NCBI GenBank assembly: GCA_963793265.1
Contig: CAWBZI010000006.1
Span: 576,001-640,000, forward strand
From: an uncultured cyanobacterium
GTDB taxonomy: Bacteria > Cyanobacteriota > Cyanobacteriia > Phormidesmidales > Phormidesmidaceae
Direction: 5' to 3'
Length of the DNA: 64,000 bases
Made by a program: the position numbers and the translations under genes. A model generated the notes under the pieces. The model saw only the letters and a program-made list of their open reading frames with translations, did no database searches and had not been told where the DNA came from. Positions 9,179 through 18,334 of the stretch are shown here, piece by piece. Within the stretch, counting starts at the first letter, position 1, and each line of letters begins with the position of its first letter.

Positions 9179-11221
9179 ATGCCAACGCTTCTTACTGCTA
9201 ACACGCCCGAAACTTTTCCACTCATGGCCGTAGTGGGCCAGGACTCCATCAAGTTCGCGCTGCTGCTATCAGCAGTCGATCCTGAGCTAGGCGGCGTGGT
9301 GATTGCCGGGCGCAGAGGCACGGCAAAATCAGTGTTGGCAAGAGCGCTGTACCAACTGCTGCCGCCAATTGAAATTATTGAAGGGTCTTGCAATTGCGAT
9401 CCGAATAAGCCCAGCGAATGGGACGACGAAACCGCCACTCGCTTTTCAGCAGATACGCCGATTGAAGAGTTGCCGACAAAGGTCGTAAAAGCGCCTTTCA
9501 TTCAGATTCCTTTAGGCGTTACCGAAGATCGGCTTTTGGGTTCGGTAGATGTTGCCAAATCAATCAGCACAGGTGAAAGCGTCTTTCAGCCGGGGCTACT
9601 GGCCGAAGCGCACAGAGGCGTTTTGTACATTGATGAAGTAAACCTGCTAGACGATCAAATTAGCAATCTGTTGCTTTCTACGCTCACCGAAGGTAGAAAC
9701 CAGATAGAGAGAGAAGGTATCAGCTTTCAGCATCCTTGTAAGCCGCTGATGGTCGCGACTTACAATCCTGAAGAAGGGAACTTGCGAGAGCATTTGTTGG
9801 ATCGAATTGCGATCGCACTCTCCGCCGACACTGGCCTCTCTTTAGAAGATCGCGTCGCCGCCGTTGAGCAAGTTAATAGCTTTACCAACAACCCCACTGA
9901 ATTCCTTAAAACCTACGAAGAAGACATCGACTCGCTCAAAACACAGATAATCCTGGCCCGCGAATGGCTCCAAGATGTTGTGATCACCACAGAGCAGGTG
10001 AACTACCTCGTCACGGAAGCCATTCGCGGCGGCGTGATGGGCCACCGTGCCGAACTGTTCGCCGTTCGTGTAGCTAAAGCCTGCGCTGCCCTAGACGGTC
10101 GCACCACCGTCACTGCCGAAGACCTTCGTAGCGCTGTGGAGCTGGTGATTGTGCCACGCTCTAGCGCGGTGCCGCCAACAGATGATGAACAGCAGCCACC
10201 ACCACCGCCGCCACCGCCACAGGATCAGCAAGAAGACGATTCGGACGACAACACCGAAGATGATTCTGACAATGAAGACGAAAACGAAGAGCAAGAAGAA
10301 CAGCCTGAAACGCCTCCCACCATTCCTGAAGAATTTGTGTTCGATGCCGAAGGTGTCGTTCTCGACCAGTCTCTTCTCAGCTTTGCAGAGAGCACGAGCA
10401 AGCAGGGAACCTCGGGCAAAAACAGCGTTATTTTCTCTGACGAAAGAGGCCGCTACATCAAGCCCTTCATTCCATCCGGTCAGGCCCGACGTATTGCAGT
10501 AGATGCCACCCTTCGCGCGGCGGCCCCTTACCAAAAGGCCCGCCGCGAACGTCAGCCCAATCGCAAAGTCATTGTCGAACAAGGTGATATCCGCGCCAAG
10601 CGTCTTGCTCGCAAAGCCGGTTCCTTAATCATCTTTGTGGTAGATGCCTCTGGCTCTATGGCGCTCAACCGAATGCAGAACGCCAAAGGTGCTGTCCTTA
10701 GCCTGCTCACTGATGCCTACCAAAACCGCGATCAGGTCGCCCTAATTCCCTTCAGAGGCGAACAGGCCGACGTATTGCTACCACCCACTCGCTCCATTAC
10801 AGCCGCCAAACGCAGGCTTGAAACGATGGCCTGTGGCGGCGGTTCTCCGTTAGCGCACGGCCTGATGCAAGCCGTACGTGTAGGCACTAATGCGCAAAAG
10901 TCAGGCGACGTGGGCTCGGTGGTCATCGTGGCGATTACAGACGGTCGGGGGAATGTGCCTTTGTCGCGATCCTTGGGTGATGAGCCTGAAGAGACAGAAG
11001 AAAAGCCAGATATTAAAGCTGAGCTGTTGGAGATTGCAGGCAGCATTCGTGCAACGGGCTATCAGCTTTTAATTATTGATACTGAGCGCAAGTTTGTTTC
11101 GACCGGCTTTGGTAAGGAGCTAGCGAAGGTAGCGGGGGGGCGGTATTATCAGCTTCCTAAGGCGACCGATAGTGCGATCGCTTCTATGGCCCGCACCGCG
11201 CTATCCGATGCAAAAGCATAG
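9179..11221 (+). CDS. chlD: Magnesium chelatase subunit D
   Basis: AAA domain ([16 protein letters not shown]), poly-Pro/acidic linker and vWA domain DASGSM. Confidence 0.97.
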   Translation: MPTLLTANTPETFPLMAVVGQDSIKFALLLSAVDPELGGVVIAGRRGTAKSVLARALYQLLPPIEIIEGSCNCDPNKPSEWDDETATRFSADTPIEELPTKVVKAPFIQIPLGVTEDRLLGSVDVAKSISTGESVFQPGLLAEAHRGVLYIDEVNLLDDQISNLLLSTLTEGRNQIEREGISFQHPCKPLMVATYNPEEGNLREHLLDRIAIALSADTGLSLEDRVAAVEQVNSFTNNPTEFLKTYEEDIDSLKTQIILAREWLQDVVITTEQVNYLVTEAIRGGVMGHRAELFAVRVAKACAALDGRTTVTAEDLRSAVELVIVPRSSAVPPTDDEQQPPPPPPPPQDQQEDDSDDNTEDDSDNEDENEEQEEQPETPPTIPEEFVFDAEGVVLDQSLLSFAESTSKQGTSGKNSVIFSDERGRYIKPFIPSGQARRIAVDATLRAAAPYQKARRERQPNRKVIVEQGDIRAKRLARKAGSLIIFVVDASGSMALNRMQNAKGAVLSLLTDAYQNRDQVALIPFRGEQADVLLPPTRSITAAKRRLETMACGGGSPLAHGLMQAVRVGTNAQKSGDVGSVVIVAITDGRGNVPLSRSLGDEPEETEEKPDIKAELLEIAGSIRATGYQLLIIDTERKFVSTGFGKELAKVAGGRYYQLPKATDSAIASMARTALSDAKA

Positions 11222-11279
11222 ATAAAAAGTAGAATGCCAGTGACCCTTTCAGATAGCACTGTCAAAGGATTGTTCATAT

Positions 11280-11501
11280 ATGGATACAACTGTAACGCTA
11301 AGTGCCGAAGCGCTTAAGACGCTCATCAAAGAAAGCGTTCGTGAAGCGATGCGTGAAGAGTGGTTTGGGCTTTGGCTGCCATTGATTCATGAGATCAATG
11401 ATGCTGAGCAGACCGATATTGAGAAAGAAGTAGAACTGCCGTCAGACTATAAGTCAGAAGATTTTGTTGATATGACAGCTTGGTTAATCGATAAGGGTTG
11501 A
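11280..11501 (+). CDS. Small acidic hypothetical protein, possibly an orphan antitoxin
   Basis: 73 aa with LKTLIKESVREAMREE helix and acidic C-terminus, resembling small cyanobacterial antitoxin-like proteins. No co-oriented toxin follows. Confidence 0.55.
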   Translation: MDTTVTLSAEALKTLIKESVREAMREEWFGLWLPLIHEINDAEQTDIEKEVELPSDYKSEDFVDMTAWLIDKG

Positions 11502-11537
11502 TGTTGGCTAGGCAGGGTAAGTAGCTCAGTTGCAAAA

Positions 11538-12207
11538 TTAATTCAACTGACTTCTAATCTTTAGAACATACAGCTTTTCGGTTAACTCTTGGAGTAATTG
11601 ATCGAAGGTCATGCAGTGTAGCCGCTTACTATTAATAATAGTTAATAATAGTTTTATTCACTCTCCATTGAAATCTCTTCATCAGACCCGCTTGACGAAC
11701 GAATTGATCTCTACCGATGACGAGCAGTCCCGTATATTCAATTTGACGATGGCCAAAATACTCCTCAAATTTATCTGTTCTCTCATAGTCGTCCATCCGG
11801 TAGTACCAATCTATGACTTGGCTCAATCCATGCTCGTATCTGCGCGACCACTCGTAGCTAGTATTTGCTGAGGCAGAACCTCTAGACTTCCGCTTAAAAA
11901 TGCTGCCCTTTTTCGCATCTTCGAACTCAATGAAAGTAAACTTTTTCATATGCCGATTTGCAACAACAAAATCAGCTCTAAATTCGTTGCTAAACAAGCT
12001 AACTTCAGCCTTGTACAGATAGGGGTCTAAGCCAAAGTGCAAAGAACCTAACAGAAGAATTAGATCTGGCCGGTTTGAGAAAAATGTCTGTAATCCATCC
12101 TTTCCAGTTTCCTCTATTTCCACATTTTCTGATAAGAAAGTCCTCAGTTCTTCAATCTGCTTAGTGCAAGCATTGATATCAAACTGATGACTATGCAGTG
12201 TGAGCAC
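11538..12207 (-). pseudogene. Shedu-type (DUF4263/SduA-like) nuclease, frameshifted by a 10-bp tandem duplication
   Basis: Motifs LQTFF, RADFVV, FIEFE, HGLSQVIDW and LLVIGR. Frame stops at 11632. Removing one TTAATAATAG copy continues as NSKRLHCMTFDQLLQELTEKLYVLKIRSQLN* to 11538. Probable GTG start at 12207 after AAGGAA. Confidence 0.75.
11632..11651. repeat. Perfect 10-bp tandem duplication TTAATAATAG x2
   Basis: Copies at 11632-11641 and 11642-11651. Confidence 0.95.
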
Positions 12208-12451
12208 TGTAACTTTCCTTTTTGAGATCGATGATATCAATAATAATAAAGCCCTGATCGACCTCTTGAAAGAGTAATCTGGCACCAGAATCTACTCTTG
12301 CAACCCAGGTATCCGCGCTTATTTTCTTAGAGTCTAAGCTGTGGAGCTGATCGTTGGTTAGCATTTTTATGACCAGAGCTGCCTTTTCTTTCCTACTAGG
12401 GGGCATCGTTTCATATGCTATTGATGCCTTCTCTCTAAACTGTACGTGCAT
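12191..12451 (-). CDS. Small protein with RelE/ParE-like pattern
   Basis: 86 aa with N-terminal VQF-helix pattern and C-terminal WVARVDSGARLLF...FIIIDII beta pattern, similar to RelE YRLRVGDYRII. Overlaps the start of the Shedu-like gene. Confidence 0.5.
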   Translation of the reverse strand: MHVQFREKASIAYETMPPSRKEKAALVIKMLTNDQLHSLDSKKISADTWVARVDSGARLLFQEVDQGFIIIDIIDLKKESYSAHTA

Positions 12452-12627
12452 TTTGCAAATCCATAGAAAAAGGACTTAACCATAAGTAACAGGCTATGAT
12501 GTCCATTCTATATGCATATCAGCAGATTGCTAAAACCGTTGTTCTACATACGGATCTTCTGACAGCAGCCTCAGCGTTCTAGCTCTTTAGAGGGCATGTA
12601 ACCCACCTAGTCAAAATAGCCTTTACT

Positions 12628-13422
12628 TCATTTGCCCGCCCGATGCTTATCGGCTGGTTTAGTCGTTTGGCCCTGTGTGACTGTGTTTTGTTGGCCATAG
12701 AGGCACAGGTCTAGAAGGGGACAGCGATCGCACCCCGGCTTCCGATAGTGGCAGCACCTTTGCCCGTGCAGCATCAGCACCTCATGATTGTCATACACCT
12801 GCTGCGCCGACCAGTCTTCAGGTAGCTGCGCCTCTAAAATTTTATGCGATGGCCCGACCGACACCTTTTCACTAATGAGTCCTGTACGCACTGCAACGCG
12901 ATGGTGATGACTATCGACCGGTAAAGCCCGCTTGCGTAGCGTACTAAAAGAGAGCACAGCAGCGCTTGTCTTTGGCCCCACCCCTGAGAGCGTTTCAAGC
13001 CACTTTCTCGCTTCTTTAACCGGCATTTCTGCCAAAAAATCAACCGATAGCTTGCCCTGCTCCCGTGTAATTTGCTTAAGAATTTGTTGAATGCGCGGAG
13101 CCTTTTGTTCGGGCCACGTACAGAGTGAAATCGCGGTTTGCACGTCGGCAGTGTTAGCATCTCGCACGGCCTCCCACGTCGGGAAAGTCGCCCTAAGCTG
13201 CTTGAAAGCTCGCCCTGAGTCTTTATTTTTGGTGCGGTGCGAAAGCGATGAAGAGATCAGTTCGCTCAGCGGATCTAAGTTGTGGAAATAGGCAATGGGA
13301 CAGCCGTATTCCTGGCAAAGTTTCTCGTGGATGACTAGCACTTTCTGCTTAGGATCTTTGCTGATGTCTTGCTTAGGCTCCGAGAGATCAGGGGCGGTAT
13401 CTGAGAGCATGTTGAGTTGCAC
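12628..13422 (-). CDS. HhH-GPD/endonuclease III-like DNA glycosylase with 4Fe-4S cluster
   Basis: LSGVGPKTSA HhH motif, PVDSH and C-x6-C-x2-C-x5-C. Start may be ATG 13410. Confidence 0.85.
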   Translation of the reverse strand: MQLNMLSDTAPDLSEPKQDISKDPKQKVLVIHEKLCQEYGCPIAYFHNLDPLSELISSSLSHRTKNKDSGRAFKQLRATFPTWEAVRDANTADVQTAISLCTWPEQKAPRIQQILKQITREQGKLSVDFLAEMPVKEARKWLETLSGVGPKTSAAVLSFSTLRKRALPVDSHHHRVAVRTGLISEKVSVGPSHKILEAQLPEDWSAQQVYDNHEVLMLHGQRCCHYRKPGCDRCPLLDLCLYGQQNTVTQGQTTKPADKHRAGK

Positions 13423-13598
13423 AAGAGAAATCCAAAAAATGATCCACAGTGACTCACGCTATCAAAAAGAGAGTCGCAGATCGTCTACCTAAAGAGAGCT
13501 ACGCGATCGCTAAAATGACAGATTTAAGGCTTGGGATAGATTTTGCAAGTAGCACTGCTCCGGCATGATTAAAGCATTGAATAAAGTCTCTACACCCA

Positions 13599-14459
13599 AT
13601 GTCATTTGCTCTTATGGGGCTGAATATTGTGAACAAAATTTCTGTTTTGACCCTAACGCGCAATCGCACCCCTCACTTAAACAATCTTCTCAAAGGTCTT
13701 GCTCAATCAAGCCTTCACCCCGATGAATGTATCATCGTCCATATGAACGAAGAGCCTACCGAACCTGGCCAAGAGCTTCCTTTTCCTTGTTATTCGTATG
13801 CTTATTACAGCGAGATTTCGAGCCTGCCGCTATCTCAGGCTCGTAACTTCGCAGCAAAAAAAGCAACCGGCAACATTCTATTATTCCTAGACATAGACTG
13901 CATTCCTTCGCACAAGATGGTAGAAGCCTACAGGGCGGTCTGTGAGCAGGCTGCCGAGTCAATTACGATGGGTAGCGTTCGGTATTTGCAGCAGTCGCTT
14001 CAAAAAGACTGGACAGAACCAGAGCTGCTCTCGAAAAGCAAACCACATCCTAAAAGAAATATCTCACCCGTTACGCCTCTCGTCATAGAACCTGATTACG
14101 GATTGTTCTGGTCGCTTTCTTTTTGCCTGTATCGAGAGCTGTTCGAGCAGCTTGGCGGCTTTAGCGAATGCTATCCTAGCTATGGCGCAGAGGATACAGA
14201 CTTTGCCTGGAAAGCTAGAGCTAGAGGCATTCCGCTGCTGTGGGTACCTGATGCGCTCGCCTTTCATCAGTATCACCAAAGCCAAACGCCCCCGTGGAAC
14301 AACTTTGAAAGTATTGTGTGTAACGCTCGCATCTTTTATAGACGCTGGGGTCAGTGGCCGATGGAAAGCTGGCTGAGCGTATTTGCCAAAGAAGGATATT
14401 TGGATTGGACAATAGAGGGCGATCGTCTCGAAGTTATCCGCACGCCTGTCATGACATAG
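13599..14459 (+). CDS. Glycosyltransferase family 2
   Basis: ARN, LFLDIDC DxD motif, GGFSE, YGAEDTDF and HQYH. Confidence 0.9.
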   Translation: MSFALMGLNIVNKISVLTLTRNRTPHLNNLLKGLAQSSLHPDECIIVHMNEEPTEPGQELPFPCYSYAYYSEISSLPLSQARNFAAKKATGNILLFLDIDCIPSHKMVEAYRAVCEQAAESITMGSVRYLQQSLQKDWTEPELLSKSKPHPKRNISPVTPLVIEPDYGLFWSLSFCLYRELFEQLGGFSECYPSYGAEDTDFAWKARARGIPLLWVPDALAFHQYHQSQTPPWNNFESIVCNARIFYRRWGQWPMESWLSVFAKEGYLDWTIEGDRLEVIRTPVMT

Positions 14460-14485
14460 TGCACTCAAAATGTACATTCAAAAAT

Positions 14486-15100
14486 TCAGACGCCACCTGC
14501 CAACACTTGAGCAGCCGACAGCCTCAAAGTAGGGAACGAAACAGAAAGTATCCTCTGATCGCCTCTGTATACTCGCTCCGAATAAACGCTGTTTTCCAAA
14601 AACAAAACGCTGACTTTCTTGAGATGGCGATCGATAATCCAGTACTCAGGAATCTCTAAATCTTGATACTGTTGGCGTTTCCATTCGTAGTCGCGGAGAT
14701 AGTTAGCGCTGCTTTCACTACCGGGACTAACGACTTCGGCCACAAAAGCGGGGGCAGGCATTCCAAAAAGGATTGCGCTTTTTCTAGTCGTCGCCATCAG
14801 CTCAATATGCTCAGGCCGCAGCACCACCACGTCCGGCTTTCGGTTAACGCGGCCATCGCCAACCGGGTCGACCTGCATTTCGGTAGCCGATGCTCTCACC
14901 AACCGCCGAGGCACGACAATCTGCTTTAGCGCAAAAACCAGCTCACCTGCAATGCAAACGTTCTCTTCATCTTCAGGCGGCAATTCTATCACCTCTCCAT
15001 TGCTGAGCAGCCGAAAATCACTCTCTGAGCCAAGATCGGCAGCTAGATATTCAGCGTATGTTTTATAGCGTACTGAAGTGTATGTCACCGTATGTAACAC
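14486..15100 (-). CDS. Uma2 family endonuclease
   Basis: RKPDVVV, AEVVSPG, RDYEWKRQQY and IPEYWIID. Confidence 0.9.
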   Translation of the reverse strand: MLHTVTYTSVRYKTYAEYLAADLGSESDFRLLSNGEVIELPPEDEENVCIAGELVFALKQIVVPRRLVRASATEMQVDPVGDGRVNRKPDVVVLRPEHIELMATTRKSAILFGMPAPAFVAEVVSPGSESSANYLRDYEWKRQQYQDLEIPEYWIIDRHLKKVSVLFLENSVYSERVYRGDQRILSVSFPTLRLSAAQVLAGGV

Positions 15101-15133
15101 CTCTATTGCCAGCAGTTGTCAGCTTAGACTCGA

Positions 15134-16246
15134 TTATACCGCCTGTGGGAGACTATGGGATGTAGCGACTGACTCAAGGACATAAGGCGCTGTTCCTATG
15201 CACTTCCTAGCAATTTGCGTAATATGTTGAGCTGCTTTGTACGGGGCGTCTTCACTTTGCAACGGCTGCCAATTAGAAAGGTTTTGGCTGTGCGATCGCG
15301 CCCAAAGCCCCGCCCATTCCCTAGGCATCGGCCACTGAGAAACAACAGTTCCTAAATTCAGCTTTCGCAGCACATCCACCTTACAAAGCTGCTCATCAAA
15401 AGGCCGCTCAGCCGGGATAAAAACAGCAGGCACCGCCGCCGCCGCTATCTCCATTGTAGAATTGTGGCCTGCATTGGCAATCACCAAATCGGCATGACAC
15501 AAGTAGGGCCAAACGTTTTCAACTACACCCTGAGCGCGAACGCCGTTAGGGGCAGAATGCGATCCTAGTAGATGCCACTGCCACCCTGGCGTTGCTGCTG
15601 CTGCAACCGCAAGCTTTTGAGGTGTGATTGCAGTACCGCCAAATCCAGTCATCACCAGCACATTAGGCTTATCTTTCACGTAGCTATCAGGAGCGATCGC
15701 TGCTTTCTCCCGCCCTGAAAACCGACAAAATCCACCGCTATAAAAAGTCTTCTCTTGAACCCAATCGGGACAGTCATCCTGTTCCATCTCTTCAGCAAAC
15801 GGAGCCAGTAGCGAACATGCCCACTCATACGCTAGCTGATGCCCCTTATCCCATCGCCTGCCGTGCTGCCGGGAATACACCACCGGAATGCCACACATCC
15901 GCGCCAAAATAGAAGCTTCTAATCCCACATCCGACACCACCAAGTCAGGTCGCCAGCGGCTTAAAAAAGACACCATCGCCAGCGTAAAAGCGCTATTGCC
16001 GCCGCTATTGACCAAAAAGTCGTGATAGTCGTGAGAGGTTTGTTGCTGTAAAAAAGGATTGGTCGGCGGCGGCGCGTAGCCCGGTACGCTTACACGCTCT
16101 ACCGGGCGACCGATATCAGCGATCGCAGGTGGCCCATCCATCCCCACCACAGCCAGCTCGCAGCTTTTCGGAAAGTGCCGAGCAATCGCCTCAAACCGCC
16201 GACAGTGCCCTGAGCCTTGAAGATTCAAATAAAACGCAATTCTCAT
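15134..16246 (-). CDS. GT-B glycosyltransferase (GT28 C-terminal-like)
   Basis: N-terminal GSGH, GFGGT, ADLVIANAGHNSTMEI and RPFDEQ. Confidence 0.85.
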   Translation of the reverse strand: MRIAFYLNLQGSGHCRRFEAIARHFPKSCELAVVGMDGPPAIADIGRPVERVSVPGYAPPPTNPFLQQQTSHDYHDFLVNSGGNSAFTLAMVSFLSRWRPDLVVSDVGLEASILARMCGIPVVYSRQHGRRWDKGHQLAYEWACSLLAPFAEEMEQDDCPDWVQEKTFYSGGFCRFSGREKAAIAPDSYVKDKPNVLVMTGFGGTAITPQKLAVAAAATPGWQWHLLGSHSAPNGVRAQGVVENVWPYLCHADLVIANAGHNSTMEIAAAAVPAVFIPAERPFDEQLCKVDVLRKLNLGTVVSQWPMPREWAGLWARSHSQNLSNWQPLQSEDAPYKAAQHITQIARKCIGTAPYVLESVATSHSLPQAV

Positions 16247-17497
16247 CTAATTTGCAATGCCCATCACTTCTAAAGAGTCCTGTACAATCGCGCCTATCAG
16301 ATCAGAGGCATTGCTGTGAATCTTGCTAGCAGCCTTACCGCTGTTTTGGCCGCTGTTTTGGCCGCTGCTCTGGCCGCTGCTCTGGCCGCTGTTTTGGCCG
16401 CTGTTTTGGCCGCTATAAAGCCGCAGATTTCTCTTTTGCTGCGCCCTGCATAGCTGACGATACAGGCGTTCGTAGCCGCTAATCATGTTGTCGATATGGC
16501 AGAAAGACTCTGCTCTATGACGACAGTCTTGACGGCTAAGCTGAGCGGCTGAGGCGATCGCACGCGCCAAAGCGTCTACCGTTTTCTCGGCAGCAACAAC
16601 GCCGCAGCGCTGAGTCAAAATCTCTTTAGCGGCACCACTGTCAAACGTAGCAACGGGTGTGCCTGCGGCCAAAGCTTCTGCATATACCAGCCCATAAGGC
16701 TCCCGCCAAAGCGGCGTATTAACGAATACACTCGCCTCAGTCAGCGCCTGTTTAATCTCAGCATGTGAAAGATGGCCTAAGTATTGGACGCGATCGCTTG
16801 CTATCAAAGGCACAACATTCTCTTCAAAATAATCTACGTTCCCAATCGGCCCGGCAAACCGAACCAAATACCCTGCCTCTAGCGCCGCTTGAATAGCTAA
16901 GTGAGGCGCTTTCTCCGGCACGATGCGACCATACCAAAACGCTCTATAGGGCAGCACTTCAGTCGCAAAAGGCCAGCTATCAACATCAATACCGTTATAA
17001 ACAACACTTGCTGTAATTGAATGATGCCAGTCTGCCGCCAGACTTTGGGAAACCGCCACTGCCGCGAGCCTGCCAGAGCTATTGCGTGCAGATGCATATT
17101 CAACTGCTGCGGCTATTTCTTTGTAGGGGGGCGTGTGTAGAACAGCCAGCATAGGCACTGGCAAATCTGCTGCGCTCAACAGTGGAAATGGATGCAGCGC
17201 GTTGTTGTGAATAACATCAAAATCATCCTGGCAGATTTGATGAATAACGCTCGCATAGGCAGACATATTACATGCCTGACGCCCCGATATTGTCTTTGCC
17301 TTTGGGTGAGTTGCAAAGGCCATTTCGATACAGGGCACCAGTCCTAGCGAAGGATCGGAGTCTCCACTAGCGAACAAAGTAACCTCGTGACCTTTTTCTA
17401 TAAGTTTTTTGGCAAGCCACCATGTATGAGATTCCATCCCCCCGGCAAAGGGCTCTGCAATGGGATGGTGGAGCAGCCCAATAATAGCAATTTTCAT
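16247..17497 (-). CDS. Glycosyltransferase family 4
   Basis: GGME, VVYNGID, GRIVPEK and EPYGLVYAEALAAGTPV; ATG at 17497. Confidence 0.9.
   Translation of the reverse strand: MKIAIIGLLHHPIAEPFAGGMESHTWWLAKKLIEKGHEVTLFASGDSDPSLGLVPCIEMAFATHPKAKTISGRQACNMSAYASVIHQICQDDFDVIHNNALHPFPLLSAADLPVPMLAVLHTPPYKEIAAAVEYASARNSSGRLAAVAVSQSLAADWHHSITASVVYNGIDVDSWPFATEVLPYRAFWYGRIVPEKAPHLAIQAALEAGYLVRFAGPIGNVDYFEENVVPLIASDRVQYLGHLSHAEIKQALTEASVFVNTPLWREPYGLVYAEALAAGTPVATFDSGAAKEILTQRCGVVAAEKTVDALARAIASAAQLSRQDCRHRAESFCHIDNMISGYERLYRQLCRAQQKRNLRLYSGQNSGQNSGQSSGQSSGQNSGQNSGKAASKIHSNASDLIGAIVQDSLEVMGIAN
16338..16414. repeat. 12-bp coding VNTR (SGQN/SGQS, about 6.4 units)
   Basis: ccgctgttttgg x2, ccgctgctctgg x2, ccgctgttttgg x2, then partial ccgct. 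Confidence 0.95.
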
Positions 17498-17684
17498 GCG
17501 TTCTCTTAGCTTGTTGTGTAATGCTTTTATCCTGTAAAAATCTTTGTTAAAACACGACACACTGCCGCTTCCTAAGATAGAAGCATTAGCTTTTAAACCA
17601 TTTTATATATGGAAGAATATAAAGCATTGATTAAGAACTATTATCTATCTAAAGGATAGATAGTCGAGCTGTCTATAGATGAAG

Positions 17685-17990
17685 TTACGGATGTTTTTTT
17701 CGCCAGTGGAGGCTGTTTTGATTGAAGATTTGGGCGGTTTCTGGCGAATTCAGCATAGACTGGGCCAGCGCGATCGCTGATTTCAACTGGTCTTCATCAA
17801 GCTGTTTATATGCAGGTGTCTTCCGAGACAGGTGCTGATACCAACAGTCTTCAAACAAATTATCTAAGACAATCCTAGCAAAACAGTGGTTAAGATAAAC
17901 CGGAAAACCGCCCTGCTTCGCTCGTGCCGGTAGCTGCTTGTTGATCAATGATATGTACTGTTCTCGAAGCTGCGTTAGAGATTCAGGCAT
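17685..17990 (-). CDS. Conserved hypothetical protein (PVxLNHCFARIVLD family)
   Basis: About 101 aa with HCFARIVLDN, PAYKQL and NQNSLHWR motifs; function unknown. Confidence 0.7.
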   Translation of the reverse strand: MPESLTQLREQYISLINKQLPARAKQGGFPVYLNHCFARIVLDNLFEDCWYQHLSRKTPAYKQLDEDQLKSAIALAQSMLNSPETAQIFNQNSLHWRKKHP

Positions 17991-18038
17991 AGGTGTATAA
18001 AAACAACACAACAGTTAGGCAGGCGGTGATACATCAGC

Positions 18039-18106
18039 CGGAGGGTGTAAAGCCTTACACCCCTACAGGATATACGCAGTAGGGGCGTAAGGCTTTGCGC
18101 CCTCCG
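18039..18106. repeat. Inverted REP doublet (REPIN/BIME-like)
   Basis: cggagggtgtaaagccttacacccctac (18039-18066) and gtaggggcgtaaggctttgcgccctccg (18079-18106) are near reverse complements. Confidence 0.85.
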
Positions 18107-18334
18107 TACGATGATCTGTCGATGAATGCCTACAGCTCAACAAATAAGCTCAACAAATAATAAGTAAACCTAATATTTCAGGCGCACTTTACCGGTATAA
18201 GCCATATAAATCGGCTTAAATCTACGTCTTCATCAAATATTTGTGATTGGTTAAACAAAGTATGCGCTGATACCGATAGGATGAACCTGAGGTGCGTTGC
18301 TTTGAGTTCTATATGAATTTGTTTTATAAAATTT

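Noticed and set aside
10160..10330. Poly-Pro/acidic low-complexity stretch
   Set aside because: This is the normal ChlD linker.
12208..12285. ORF-track N-terminal extension of the Shedu-like gene
   Set aside because: It lies inside the 86-aa upstream gene; GTG at 12207 with an AAGGAA ribosome-binding site is more plausible.
14486..15100. Uma2 gene as a mobile element
   Set aside because: No terminal repeats or target duplication were seen, and Uma2 genes are abundant in cyanobacteria.
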